Source: the human T2T-CHM13v2.0 reference genome, Homo sapiens. From it: a stretch of DNA of 64,000 bases. A program made the position numbers and the translations under genes. The DNA lies in assembly GCF_009914755.1 (NCBI RefSeq), contig NC_060936.1. The stretch is one strand, 5' to 3'. Positions 40,690-51,989 of this stretch are shown in pieces. The notes under the pieces are model-generated. The model was given only the letters and a program-made list of their open reading frames with translations, was not told the origin of the DNA and searched no databases. Positions within the stretch are counted from its first letter, which is position 1; every line of letters begins with the position of its first letter.

Positions 40690-42762
40690 ATGAGGAAACT
40701 CATCCTGGAACTCATTTTCCTTAAATTCTGGATTTGTACAGTAAGGACTTCAACTGACCTTCTTCAGACTGAGGACTGTTCCCAGTGTATGCATCAAGTT
40801 ACTGAGGTAGGGCAAAAGGTTAAAACAGTCTTTCTGTTTTATAGTTATTATGAATACACAGGAACTCTAAAAGGAACTTGTTTATATAATGACACCCAGT
40901 ATAAGGTATGCAGTCCAGAAGATGGACAACCTAGTGTTCGTTATGATCCATCTGAACACCCCATGACCACAGTGTTTGAAATAAGGTTGAGGACTGGCAA
41001 CTGGAGAAAAGCCAATAAGAGTAAAATAATAACTAGAACAGAAGAAAAGGGAGTCCCCAAACAAATTATCTTAAAAGTTGACACCTGTGCAGCAATCAAC
41101 AGTAACCTGTATAGAAATAGAATAAGATGCGGCTCTCTAGATTGGGAAAGGAGCCATACAGTAGAAAATAAGTATGTTTGTCATGAATTAGGACTGTGTA
41201 ATGATGAATGTAGTTACTGGTCCTGTGTCATTTAGGCCACCTGAAAAAAGGATGAGAAGGACCCTGTCTGCCTTCAAAAAGGAAAGAGTAACTCTTCCTG
41301 CACTAGTGGTCACTGTAATCCATTAGAACTAGTAATTACCAATCTCCTTGATCCCCGTTAGAAAACAGGAGAGTATGTAACTCTAGGAATAGATGGAACT
41401 GGACAGGATCCCTGAGTAAATATTTTAGTCCAAGGGGAGGTCCACAGGCGGTCTCCCAAACCAGTGTTTCAGACCTTTTATGAGGAGCTGAATCTGCCAG
41501 CACCAGAGCTTCCAAAAAAGGAAAAAAGAGACAAAGAACTTGTTTCTCCAGCTAGCAGAAAATGTAGTTCATTCCCTCAATGTTACTTCCTGTTATGTAT
41601 GTCAGGGAACCACTACAGGAGACCAATGGCCTTGGGAAGCCTGAGAATTGGCACTTACTGATCCAGTTCCTGACACAATTCCAGTCCCAAAGGCCCAAAC
41701 TAGCAACTTCTGGGTCTTGAAAACCTCGATTATTGGAGAATACTGCATAGGTAGAGAGGGGAAGGACTTCACCATCCCTGTGGGAAGGCTCAATTGCCTA
41801 GGACAAAAGCTATATAACAGCACGGCAGGGACAGTCACCTGGTGGGGTCTCAATTGCACTGAAAAGAGTCCATTCAGTAAATTTCTCAAGTTACAGACTG
41901 TTCGGGCCCATCCAGAATCTCATCGAGACTGGACGGCTCCCGCTGGACTATACTGGATATGTGGACATAGAGTCTACACCAAGTTACCTGACCAATGGGC
42001 AGGTATTTGTGTCATTGGCACCATTAAGCCATCTTTTTCCTACTGCCTGTAAAAAAAGGTGAGCTCCTAGGTTTCCCTGTGCATGCCTCCTGAGAAAAGA
42101 GGAGCATAGCTATAGGAAATTGGAAAGATGATGAGTGGCCCCCCAAAAGAATCATACAGTACTACAGGACTGTCACATGGGCACAAGACAGCTTGTGGGG
42201 ATGCCAAACCCCCTTCTACATGCTCAACTGGATCATACGGTTACAGGCCATCTTAAAAATAATCACTAATGAAACTGGCAGAGCTTTGACTCTTTTTTAG
42301 CCTGGCAGGAAACCCAAATGAGAAATGCCATCTATCAGAATAGATTGGCCTTAGACTGTTTGCTGGCAGCTGAAGGAGGAGTATGAAAAATTCAATTTGA
42401 CCAATTGCTGTCAGCAAATAGATGATCAAAGACAAGTAGTCAAAAATATAGTTAGAGACATGACAAAGCTGTCACATGTGCCCATGCAGGTTTCACATGG
42501 GTTTGATCCTGGATCCCTGATTGGAAAATGATTTCCAGCTCTAGGAGGATTTAAAACTCTTATAATGGTAATAATAATAGTGTTAGGAACCTGCATGTTA
42601 CTCCTCTGTATGTTACCCATATTTGTCCAGTTACTAAAAGGTTTTGTTACTACCTTAGTTCATCAAAAGACCTCAGCACAAGTGTATTACATGAGTCACT
42701 ATCGATCTGTCTCACAGGAAGATCTAGATAGTGAGGATGAGAGTGAGAACTCCCACTACTGA
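40690..42762 (+). pseudogene. env: HERV-E env (disrupted; first 181 codons open)
   Basis: MRKLILELIFLKFWICTVRTSTD signal peptide; (R)EKR furin site ~42091-42102; ISD YQNRLALDCLLAAEGGV and a CC motif ~42332-42410; TM helix VIIIVLGTCMLLLCMLPIF; first stop TAG at 41233. Confidence 0.92.
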
Positions 42763-42784
42763 GTGAGGGTCTCAAAGGGGAGAA

Positions 42785-43208
42785 TGAGGAGAGAGGCTAT
42801 TTTTCCTACTGTCCCCTGTCTCCAAAGAGAAGGAGGAAGTAAAAGCTGAAAAACAACAGACTGATCGGTGCCACTGGCCAGGCCTGTAGGTTAAAGATTA
42901 ACCCCCACCCTAATCGCTTGTGCTATCTATAGATCACAGACAATGGTATGGAGACATACTTGCATTGCTTATCCCCACCGCTAATGCTAACATATGTGGA
43001 CGTAGTCTCGTACCCCATGCTTGCTCAATCTATTACGACCCTGTCACCTGGACCCCTTAGGGTTGTGAGCCTTTAAAAGGGTCAGGAACTCTTCCTTCAG
43101 GGAGCTCCATTCTTGACAAACAAGTCGCTGACACTCCTGACTGAATAAAGCCTCTTCCTTCTTTAACCCGGTGTCTGAGGGGTTTTGTCTGTGGCTCGTC
43201 CTGCTACA
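42785..43208 (+). promoter_or_regulatory. 3' LTR (424 bp), preceded by the polypurine tract aaaggggagaa
   Basis: Homologous to 34540-34957; AATAAA 43144-43149. Confidence 0.93.
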
Positions 43209-43749
43209 ATAATATATATATGTTATAGCCTATTATATAATATATTTATATATTATATATTATATTATATATATTTTATATTATATAATTATATATTTTA
43301 TATTTATATATTATATTATTTATATATATTTATATATAAATATATATTTTATATATTTATATATAAATATATATTTTATATATTTATATATAATATATAT
43401 TTTATATATTATATATAAATATATATTTTATATATTTATATATAAATATATATTTTATATATTTTATATATTTATATATAAATATATATTTTATATATTT
43501 ATATATATTATAATATATGAATATATATTAATATATTATATATAATCTATTAATATATATGAATATATATTATAAATATATAATTATATATTGTAAATAT
43601 ATAATATGTAATTCATGCTCTATTTCTCTCTTTAGTGCTCAGCAATAACATTCAGCACAATTTTACTCTCCTTATATGTTATATATAATATATAATTATA
43701 TATAACATAGGATATAACATATTTATATATTATTGTGTATATATATATA

Positions 43750-43939
43750 ATGCAAGCAATATATATAGGCACTTTTGTTAAGTATTAACTTGTACAGTCA
43801 CAGGGTCCCACAATAGGCTGTCTGCAAGTTGAGGAGCAAGGAGAGCCAGTCTGAGTCCCAAAACTGAAGAACTTGGAGTCCAATGTTTGAGGGCAGAAAG
43901 CATCCAGCACAGTAGAAAGATGTAGGCTGGGAGGCTAGG
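43750..43939 (-). repeat. Inverted copy of MLT2A segment 32872-33050
   Basis: Its reverse complement aligns to 32872-33050, including ctgtacaagttaatacttaa and cttgcattatata. Confidence 0.9.
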
Positions 43940-43944
43940 AGATA

Positions 43945-44458
43945 CATATATATGTGTATATATATGTATACACATTATACATATATATTATATGTATACA
44001 CATTATACATATATATTATATGTATAATATTATAATATACATATAATATATATTATATGTATATTATAATATACATATAATATATATTATATGTATATTA
44101 TAATATACATATAATATATATTATATGTATAATATTATAATATTATACATATAATATATATTATATGTATAATATTATAATATACATATAATATATATTA
44201 TATGTATAATATTATAATATACATATAATATATATTATATGTATATTATAATATACATATAATATATATTATATGTATAATATTATAATATACATATAAT
44301 ATATATTATATGTATAATATTATAATATACATATAATATATATTATATGTATAATATTATAATATACATATAATATATATTATATGTATAATATTATAAT
44401 ATACATATAATATATATTATATGTATAATATTATAATATAATATTATATATATATAAA
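43945..44458. repeat. AT-rich minisatellite of ~35-37-bp palindromic units
   Basis: Unit tatattatatgtat(a)(at)attataatatacatataata; the core atatgtatattataatatacatat is self-complementary. Confidence 0.93.
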
Positions 44459-45189
44459 TTCTGTCCCTCTAGAGAACCTGACTAATACAACCAGCTTGCC
44501 AAATTATTCTGCTATGCTTGAAGGTATGATGGCCTCTGGTAGGCAGCATTTTCGTGCCTTCCCTGCCCCAGTCTTGGTGGTTGTTAGTAGTCTCTTGCTG
44601 AGCCTTAACACTTCGAGTCCTTAGAGTGACTTACTCATGTGGTTTGCCTGGTACTGTTGTATTTTAGAGTTGAAAATCCTGCATATGAAGAAACTCCTTA
44701 GTCCTCTGAAACCCGGTACAGTTTGTCACTCTAACTGCAGACTCGCAAGGTGTCCAGAGAGCACTGCCATCTCCTAGATCATCATTAAAACAATATGTAT
44801 TAAGTTCTTCTTGAGCCAGGCACATTTCTCAGCACCGGGGGGGGGGACCTACGCACCAGAGATAAGACAAAAGGAGAGTAAAATTGTGCTGAATGTTATT
44901 GCTGAGCACTGAAGAGAGAACTAGACCATGAACGGAGGACAGAAATGATGGAGAGTCGGGAGGAGCGGCCTCATGGAGAAAGCACCACTTGCCCAACGAT
45001 CTGAAGGAGACGAGTGAATGAATCATGCCAGTATAGACAGGGTGGGTGGGGGTTCCAGGTAGATGAAAACACAATGCAGGTGGCAAGAGGCTGTACAGAA
45101 AATATTCCAAATAGGTTCTGAGAAAATGTGTCTAGTAGATGGTAATGTACTGTTCACTTAAAGGGTTAAGAGTAGGTTGTTCACTCGAG

Positions 45190-45396
45190 CAGTTCTCCAC
45201 CTCATGACATTGATACTTGAGGACAAATAGATCTTTGCGCAGGGGCTGACCTGTGTATTGTAGTTTGTTTATCAGCATTCCCGGCCTCTACTCACTCGAT
45301 GCCTGTTGCAGCCCCCCAGTTGTAACAACCAAAATTGTCTCCAGACATTGCTAAATGCCTGGGGCATGCCAAGTTGCCTCCAGTTGAGAACCAGTG
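45190..45396 (-). mobile_element. MER20 DNA transposon
   Basis: ccccagttgtaacaaccaaaattgtctccagacattgctaaatg…ttgagaaccagtg. Confidence 0.85.
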
Positions 45397-47235
45397 ACTT
45401 AAACCAATCAAATGCATGCTTAAGAGGGAAATCAAGTATTCTTTTCAACCCATACAGAAGTGATTGTAGAGAGATGTCTGGCAAGAAAAGTCCAATCACA
45501 CCAAGAAACATAAATGCTACAAGAATGACTCAAAAACAAATAAACAAACAAAACATCTAAGGCAATTCTACGGAAGCCATTCTACAGAAGTCTTTATGGG
45601 GGGAAAAAAGATTTAAAATAATTTACTTCAGCCAATAGAGAATGTGCTCTTCCTGAAATTAAAGGACTTTTCTTCCAGAACTGAAGAGTCGCATCGGATT
45701 CATCAGCTCCAGAGGGAAGAGGTGGCTGTGATCCTGCTGGAGTCGGAGCAGCTCCAAAGGACACTCACAGAGAGAAGAAGGCTGAGACTGCGTGTATCGT
45801 CTCTGGATTATATACAACATTTAGTTTTTAGAGCAATAAAAATATTAGCTATAATTTCCTGAGAACCTAAAATGTACCAATCCCTCTTCTAGGCACTTTC
45901 TGTACTTTATTTTTGTCTCATTACAAAAACTTTTTGGAGTTGACGTTGTCATCATTCCCATTTAAGTGCAAGGAAATTGAGATTCAGAGAAGTTAAGGTG
46001 TCTTGTAAAGATTAAATCAACCAATAAATGTGTGGTGCTTAGACTGGTACTTACCATGTAGGAGTTGCTCAGTGGACTTTTGTTAGGAAGCTCTTTTTCT
46101 CCTGCAAAGCAGGAACTTAGGGAAGGTGATCCATGCTCATGGCCTGTGGCAAGATCAATCTGAGACCCACTGGTCTAGAGAGAGCCTGTTCCTCTGCATA
46201 TTCCCAAGTGCCACATGCACAACACTGGACACTCAGGGAACTCTTTAAATGTTGGGAATGAGTGGAAAGCCCTTTCACATTGCTTCTTTCAAGGTTCTAA
46301 CTGGCGGTCTTCTTCCTCCCTTCTCTTCCCAAGGCAAACAAAGACTGGACTTACTCATTGAGTGCAAAACACACAACAAAGGCTGAAGGCACTTCAAGCA
46401 CTCGTGGTCCAAAGATCGGGCAGAAAAATTCAGATGCATCCTCACAAAGTGAGTTGTTGGTTTTGTTTCTTTGCTTGCCACCAAGCTAAATAAAAGTGTT
46501 GTTGTCTTGGAATAAGAGGAGGGGATTATGCAGTGCAGACTCTCTGAGTCTCTGAGCCCCTCACTCTCTTATCACCATTGTCAGGGAGCTGGGAAGACTG
46601 TGGTTTGGCTGATGTCCTTCTCCTTATTCTCTGGGGAGACCCACCTCTCATTGACAGCCAACAGGATGCCCATATTTGGTTCCAAAACAGGGACGCTCAC
46701 CTGGGTTCTGAGGCTCTGCTAAGCAGCCCCCTCCTCCATCATAGACAAGTTCAATGTTTCCAGGATACCCTGAAACCCAAAATTCAACAGTGTAGCTTTA
46801 GACATAAGGGATAATGGGATGTGAAGGGAAGAGACCCTTCAGGGATTCAAATAGTGTCATTGCACCTGACCACCAGGCTTCCCACTGAGCCTGCATAGAG
46901 ATGCAGCCACAGTGACCTGCGTCTTTGACTTGAATCCGTATTAAAATATGGTGTCTGTTTTTGTAAACTTTTTACCGAATCCTGAAATATATGCAAAAAG
47001 TGAATTTATACTATAACATAGAGAAAAGTGCACATATGTGTACAGTGTGATGAATTTTCACAAACTGATACACTCAGAGCAAGAAATTGAATATTACTAG
47101 AACACCAGACTCATTCCTCATGACTATGTCTATTTATGACCCTCCCTCTTAGGGTAACATGGTACCGACTCCAACACCATGGCTTAGCTCTGCCGGCCTT
47201 AGAGGTTACTTTGTTCTCGTCTGTGTCTGACTTCC

Positions 47236-47600
47236 TGTATTAGTCTGTTCTCACGCTGCTAATAAAGACATAACCAAGACTGGAAAATGTAGGAAGGGAA
47301 GAGGTTTAATTGACTCAGTTCAGCATGGCTGGGAGGCCTCAGGAAACTTATAATCGTAGTGGAAGGGGAAGCAAACACGTCATTCTTCACATGGTGGTAG
47401 CAAGAAGTGCAGAGTGAAGCCAGGGAAGAGCCCCTTATAAAATCATCAGATCTCGTGAGAACTCACTCACTATCACGAGAACAGCATGAAGGTAACCGCC
47501 CCCCATGATTCAATTACCTCCCACCGGGTTCTTTCTACCACACCTGGGGGAACTACAATTCAAGATGAGATTTTGGTGGGGACACAGCCAAAACTTATCA
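47236..47600 (-). mobile_element. THE1-type MaLR solo LTR inserted in an old L1M fragment (~46965-48550)
   Basis: tgtattagtctgttctcacgctgctaataaagaca…ggggacacagccaaaacttatca; TSD CTTCC at 47231-47235 and 47601-47605. Confidence 0.92.
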
Positions 47601-47914
47601 CTTCCCTCTTGCAACAAGATGTTAGGAATATCATCTGTGCTATTGTGCATAGCTGTAGGTTTGGCCATTCTTATTCCTAAACAGTATGCAATTATATGAC
47701 TGTACCACATTGAATTTATTTGTTGTATTGTTTACAGGCATCTGGAGTCATTTCCTGTTTGGGCTATTATGGCAGTCCTGCTGCAAACATGCTTGTGGCT
47801 GTCTTTGGGTGAACACCTGCATGCATTTCTCTTGGATATAGTTTTGGGGTTTTTTGTTTTGTTTTGTTTTGTTTGTTTCAGATTTAGGAGTTTGAACTTC
47901 TGAGTCAGAGGGCA

Positions 47915-48385
47915 TATTACTTTCTTATTGCTACTGTAACAAATTACTACATACTTTGTAACTTAAAATAACATAAATGTATTACCTTACAGTTCTGGAG
48001 GCCAGAACTTCAGCTTTACAGGGTGAAAAACAAAGTTCAGTGGGGGCTGCTTCCTTTTGGTACTAAGAGACTGTGTTTCCTTGTCATTTCCAGCTTCTAG
48101 CGGTGTCCACATTCCTTGGCTCCTGGCCCCTTCCTCCACCATCAAAGTGCATTGTTCTCATCTCTTTTGTCATCACCTCCCCTTATTCTGACTTAGGTCC
48201 TCCTGCTTCCCTTTTACAAGGACCCTTGTTATGACATTGAGCTCAATAAGATAATCTAGGATCATCTGCCATCTCAAGGTCCTTAGCTAGTCACTTTTGC
48301 AGACCTTGTACCCTGGAAGATGACATACTCCCGGGCTTCGGGTACAATGTGAACATCATTGGAGGGCCAGTATTCTATCTGTCAC
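47915..48385 (-). mobile_element. MLT1 (C/D-like) LTR
   Basis: ttgctactgtaacaaattac…cagttctggaggccagaa…ttccagcttctag…aaggacccttgt. Confidence 0.7.
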
Positions 48386-49420
48386 ATGGGATAAACCTCA
48401 ATTCAACTTTAGTAGACATTTTGGTGAATGTACCAATTAACCTCCCAATGACAATATTTGTAATTTCTCTCAGATCTTTGCCAGCACTCAATATTTTCTG
48501 CTTTTTTAGTTTCTTTTCAGCCATTCTAATGGATATGTGTCTGATTTTTGTACTATTGAGTGGTGAGTGATGAAATAATGCTGCATTTTATTAAAAATAA
48601 CTTGATGTTGGGACTTGCTGGAATGGATTAATAATAAGAAGAAAACATAGAAAAGTTATTTTTCAAAAAATCCAAAAGTGGGTCAGTGCTGCGGTAGCTG
48701 ATGAATGACTCTCCCACATAGACGTGGGCTCCTTGGTACACACGAAGGTCTGTCCACGCTGCGCTCTTTCCAAATGATGTTCCTGTCTGAGCATCACTCT
48801 TTGGGAGGAATTTATCCTTGGAATTCTAGATGCAACCAACCACTAGGAAAGAAGGTGTGATTTCTGGAGTGTCCCTCTTTCCTGGAAAATTTGCCCAGCC
48901 AAAGTGTCAGAATTCCATATGTTCCAAGTTGCTATGGCAGCCAATTTTTCTTCCTGAGATTCATCTGTCTTTTGCCTTGGAGTTTCCTGGGGCAGGGAGG
49001 GGTGACTGTTCTCTAGGAAAGCATAAGAAGCAGAAATGTTGTTGTGAAGATGGAAGGAAAGAGCAGTTGTGCTTGAGCTTTTAGCCCTAAGTAAAGTGCT
49101 AGGGTATGTGTTGAGGGGTGGATGTTAAAGGTCGGGATGGAGAACATGAGCCAGTAAAGTTTCAGGAGAGAAAACCAAGATGCCCCAGGAAGGCAAGCCC
49201 CTGCGTGGCTACTGGGATGCACTTTTATTTGGGATCTAGAAAGAATAAAGAGGCAGGTGCAGAATTGAGACTTGAGCAGCAGATAGCTGGAAGGCATATT
49301 TGGCATCATGTAGACAACAACCCTGCCAACACCTAGAAATCATCCTGGGCTGTCCCCCACCTCTACTCAAATGCAATAACCTCCCTCAGGTGACACACCC
49401 CGGAAGTGCACGTGGACGAT

Positions 49421-50398
49421 CTGATGGTTCTCCAGACACATCCACAGCACTGGGGCGGGTCCTCAGGCTGCCCGTGGAATCCCAGCAGTAACCAGACGCC
49501 TCTGTCATAACCCAGGGGCCATATTTTTAGAATCAGGTACTAAGTGCCATGTGCACAGACTTTGAGTTCTGGCAGTTTCACTTCTTTATGGCACGTGGAC
49601 GATGGGTGGCAGCTGCTGCCCCAGGTGCCCTGCCGTGTCATCCAATCATCTCTGTCTCCTTGTGGGGCTCCACTTCTGGGATACCTGCACCCAACTCTGC
49701 AAGGCCATCAGCAGAAGTGTCAGTGGCTAGCACAGCAGGTGGATCTAGAACCAGCTCTCAGCTCTGTGCCCGCCACGCCATTTGTTAAATACTTTGAAAA
49801 CCATCCTTAGGCAGAAACATTCTGCCTTTGCAAGCTCCAAAGAACATTTCACCCACCTCAGTGCTCTCTGTGTGGATTTGAAAAATACAGCCAGAAGGGC
49901 AGCTTGTAGGGAGGCATCGCCACCTGCCTTCAGTGGACTCTGTCTGCAAGTACACAGAGAATGATGCTATTATATTTTGGTAGTAAGAGGAACAAAATAA
50001 TAATTAAAATAAACGCAGAGGTGCCCAGAGCCTCACAGGACATTTCTCACTGGTACACAGGCCTCTGGGAAGCAGAAGGGAATTGATCTCCTTTGCAGCC
50101 AAAACCATGCCGACCTCTGCGGTTTTGATTTATGCCTCTGAAAGTCCAGGCATGTCATTGGGGTATGACTTCCATATAATTAAGGCACAGCAAGCCGTGG
50201 GTATTCCACAGCCCTGCCATCATCCTGATGGTTCTCCAGACACATCCACAGCATTGGGGCAGGTCCTCAGGCTGCCCGTGGAATCCCCGCAGTAACCAGG
50301 AGGCCTCTGTCATAACCCATGGGCCATATTTTTAGGATCAGGTACTAAGTGCCACATGCACGGACTTTGAGCTCTGGCGGTGTCACTTCTTTATGGCA
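49421..50398. repeat. ~173-bp direct repeat pair (49421-49593 and 50225-50398)
   Basis: ctgatggttctccagacacatccacagca…cacttctttatggca is present twice with scattered substitutions. Confidence 0.92.
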
Positions 50399-50914
50399 GA
50401 AGGACCTGCCTTCTTGGCTCTTCCTCACAGGAGGGAGGTCTGCACACTTTATACCCAAGCATCAACCGTCCACATTATCCCACAACACTGTTTGTGTTTC
50501 TTTCAAGTGTGTGGTCACCCTCATCTTCCTTACCTGTGTGCTCAGCATGTGCCCGCTTCCTCTGACTGTCATAGCCCCTGAACTGACAAAGCATGTGCGG
50601 CGTCCCCAGCTCTGCCTTGCAGCACCCAGGGACTCCCCCTAGGGCTCAGATCACACCAACGCATCCTGGATGGGTTGAGTTTGAGTTTTATGTCACACCG
50701 GAGCCCCTGAAGCAGAAAGTGACCTTCTTCCCAATCAATATTTGTAAATAGAAAATTCATGACCTTGGAAAAATGATGGGGCTACAAGATGCTTTTTAAA
50801 GGAAAAGCACTGAAAAAATCCTTACCACAACTCCCCAAAGGGAAAGGTAGAGGTTCGTATCTTTTTCCTTGGGGACTGGCCCAACGGTGCATACACTCTC
50901 TCTATCTCATTTCA

Positions 50915-50923
50915 TATATATTC

Positions 50924-50967
<44 letters not shown>

Positions 50968-51230
50968 ATGTGTGTACACATACATATATACATACACATA
51001 TGCATGCACATACAAAGAAATATAAAAATAATTGTATTACCTACTTGTATGCATGTATGTTCATGTGGCCTCATATGTATGTGTGTATGGTATGTGTGTG
51101 TATATATACATTTTTATATATGATGCTATTATATTTTGAGAGTAGAAGGAACAAAATAAAAATGAAAGTAAACTCAGAGGTGTGTCTGTATATATATACA
51201 TGCACACGTACATATAGACATACGTGTGTG
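50915..51230. repeat. (TG)n/(TA)n/(CA)n compound microsatellite
   Basis: Direct reading. Confidence 0.9.
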
Positions 51231-51989
51231 TTTTTCCATCCAACAGAATTATGGCAGCAGCAAGTAAGAAGATAATGATCCTGAGAATCAGCACCCAAGA
51301 CCAGTGGTCAGTCCAGCAGGAAAGAGATAAAGGTGGCATGGGACAAGCGCCACCCTCACCTCTGGGGACCATCCCCCAGACACCAAGCAGGTGAGCAGGA
51401 AGAGCCTCAGGTGCTGGGAGTGGGTGTAGGATGCAAGATCCCTGTCAACACCAGGTGTCTGTTCTGGGAAATCGGTGCTTCCGGTGTAATAGGAGATGCA
51501 GGCCCTCTGCTCTTGGGCAAGCTTCAGCCACACAGCTTCTCCCTATGCACCACCAGCATTATTATGTCATTATATTGCTTTTTATTTTCCACAGGAAACA
51601 GCTAAGAGTTAACATGGGGAAAGATAGAAATGCTGTAAAAGGCAGGAGAAAGTCTCATATATATGTATATATATATATATCTCAGTTATATGTAATATCT
51701 AATTACATAGATATATATTATTAATATACAGGTTTTATATATAATATATATTTACATAGATGTTATATATTTATAGATTAAATATAATATCTGTTTACAA
51801 AGATATTATATATTATATACAACTTATTGATACAATTAGAGACCTACAAATGTTATCAGAATAGTACAAAGAATTCTCAGTTTCTCTTCACCCATATTCC
51901 ACAAATGTAACTCTTTTATTACAATCAACTCCCCCCTTCTCTCTCTCTGTTACCACGCACACAACCACCACCACCCTCAACACACACAC

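Larger units (their letters stand above)
34540..43208 (+). mobile_element. Full-length defective HERV-E (gammaretrovirus-like, LTR2-family LTRs) provirus
   Basis: Paired TG…CA LTRs, 4-bp TSD ATAA (34536-34539 / 43209-43212), tRNA-Glu PBS, PPT, and gag/pro/pol/env remnants matching HERV-E proteins. Confidence 0.95.
32655..44489 (+). mobile_element. MLT2A-type LTR split by AT-rich expansions, an inverted duplication and a HERV-E provirus
   Basis: 5' part tgtgatggttaatactgagtgtc… (32655-~33020); 3' end ttctgtccctctagagaacctgactaataca (~44459-44489); exact 5-bp TSD ACCAG at 32650-32654 and 44490-44494. Confidence 0.9.

Noticed and set aside
34540-43208. Identity with named HERV-E loci (MID1, PTN, CT-RCC) or a replication-competent provirus
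   Set aside because: No MID1 or PTN coding exon is visible. The U5-PBS frame reads VTFLGFLTEK rather than the CT-RCC-1 peptide ATFLGSLTWK. All viral genes carry multiple stops and frameshifts.
45644-45862. Coiled-coil-looking 72-aa ORF
   Set aside because: Short, non-ATG start, no recognisable family; retained only as a possible non-coding exon.
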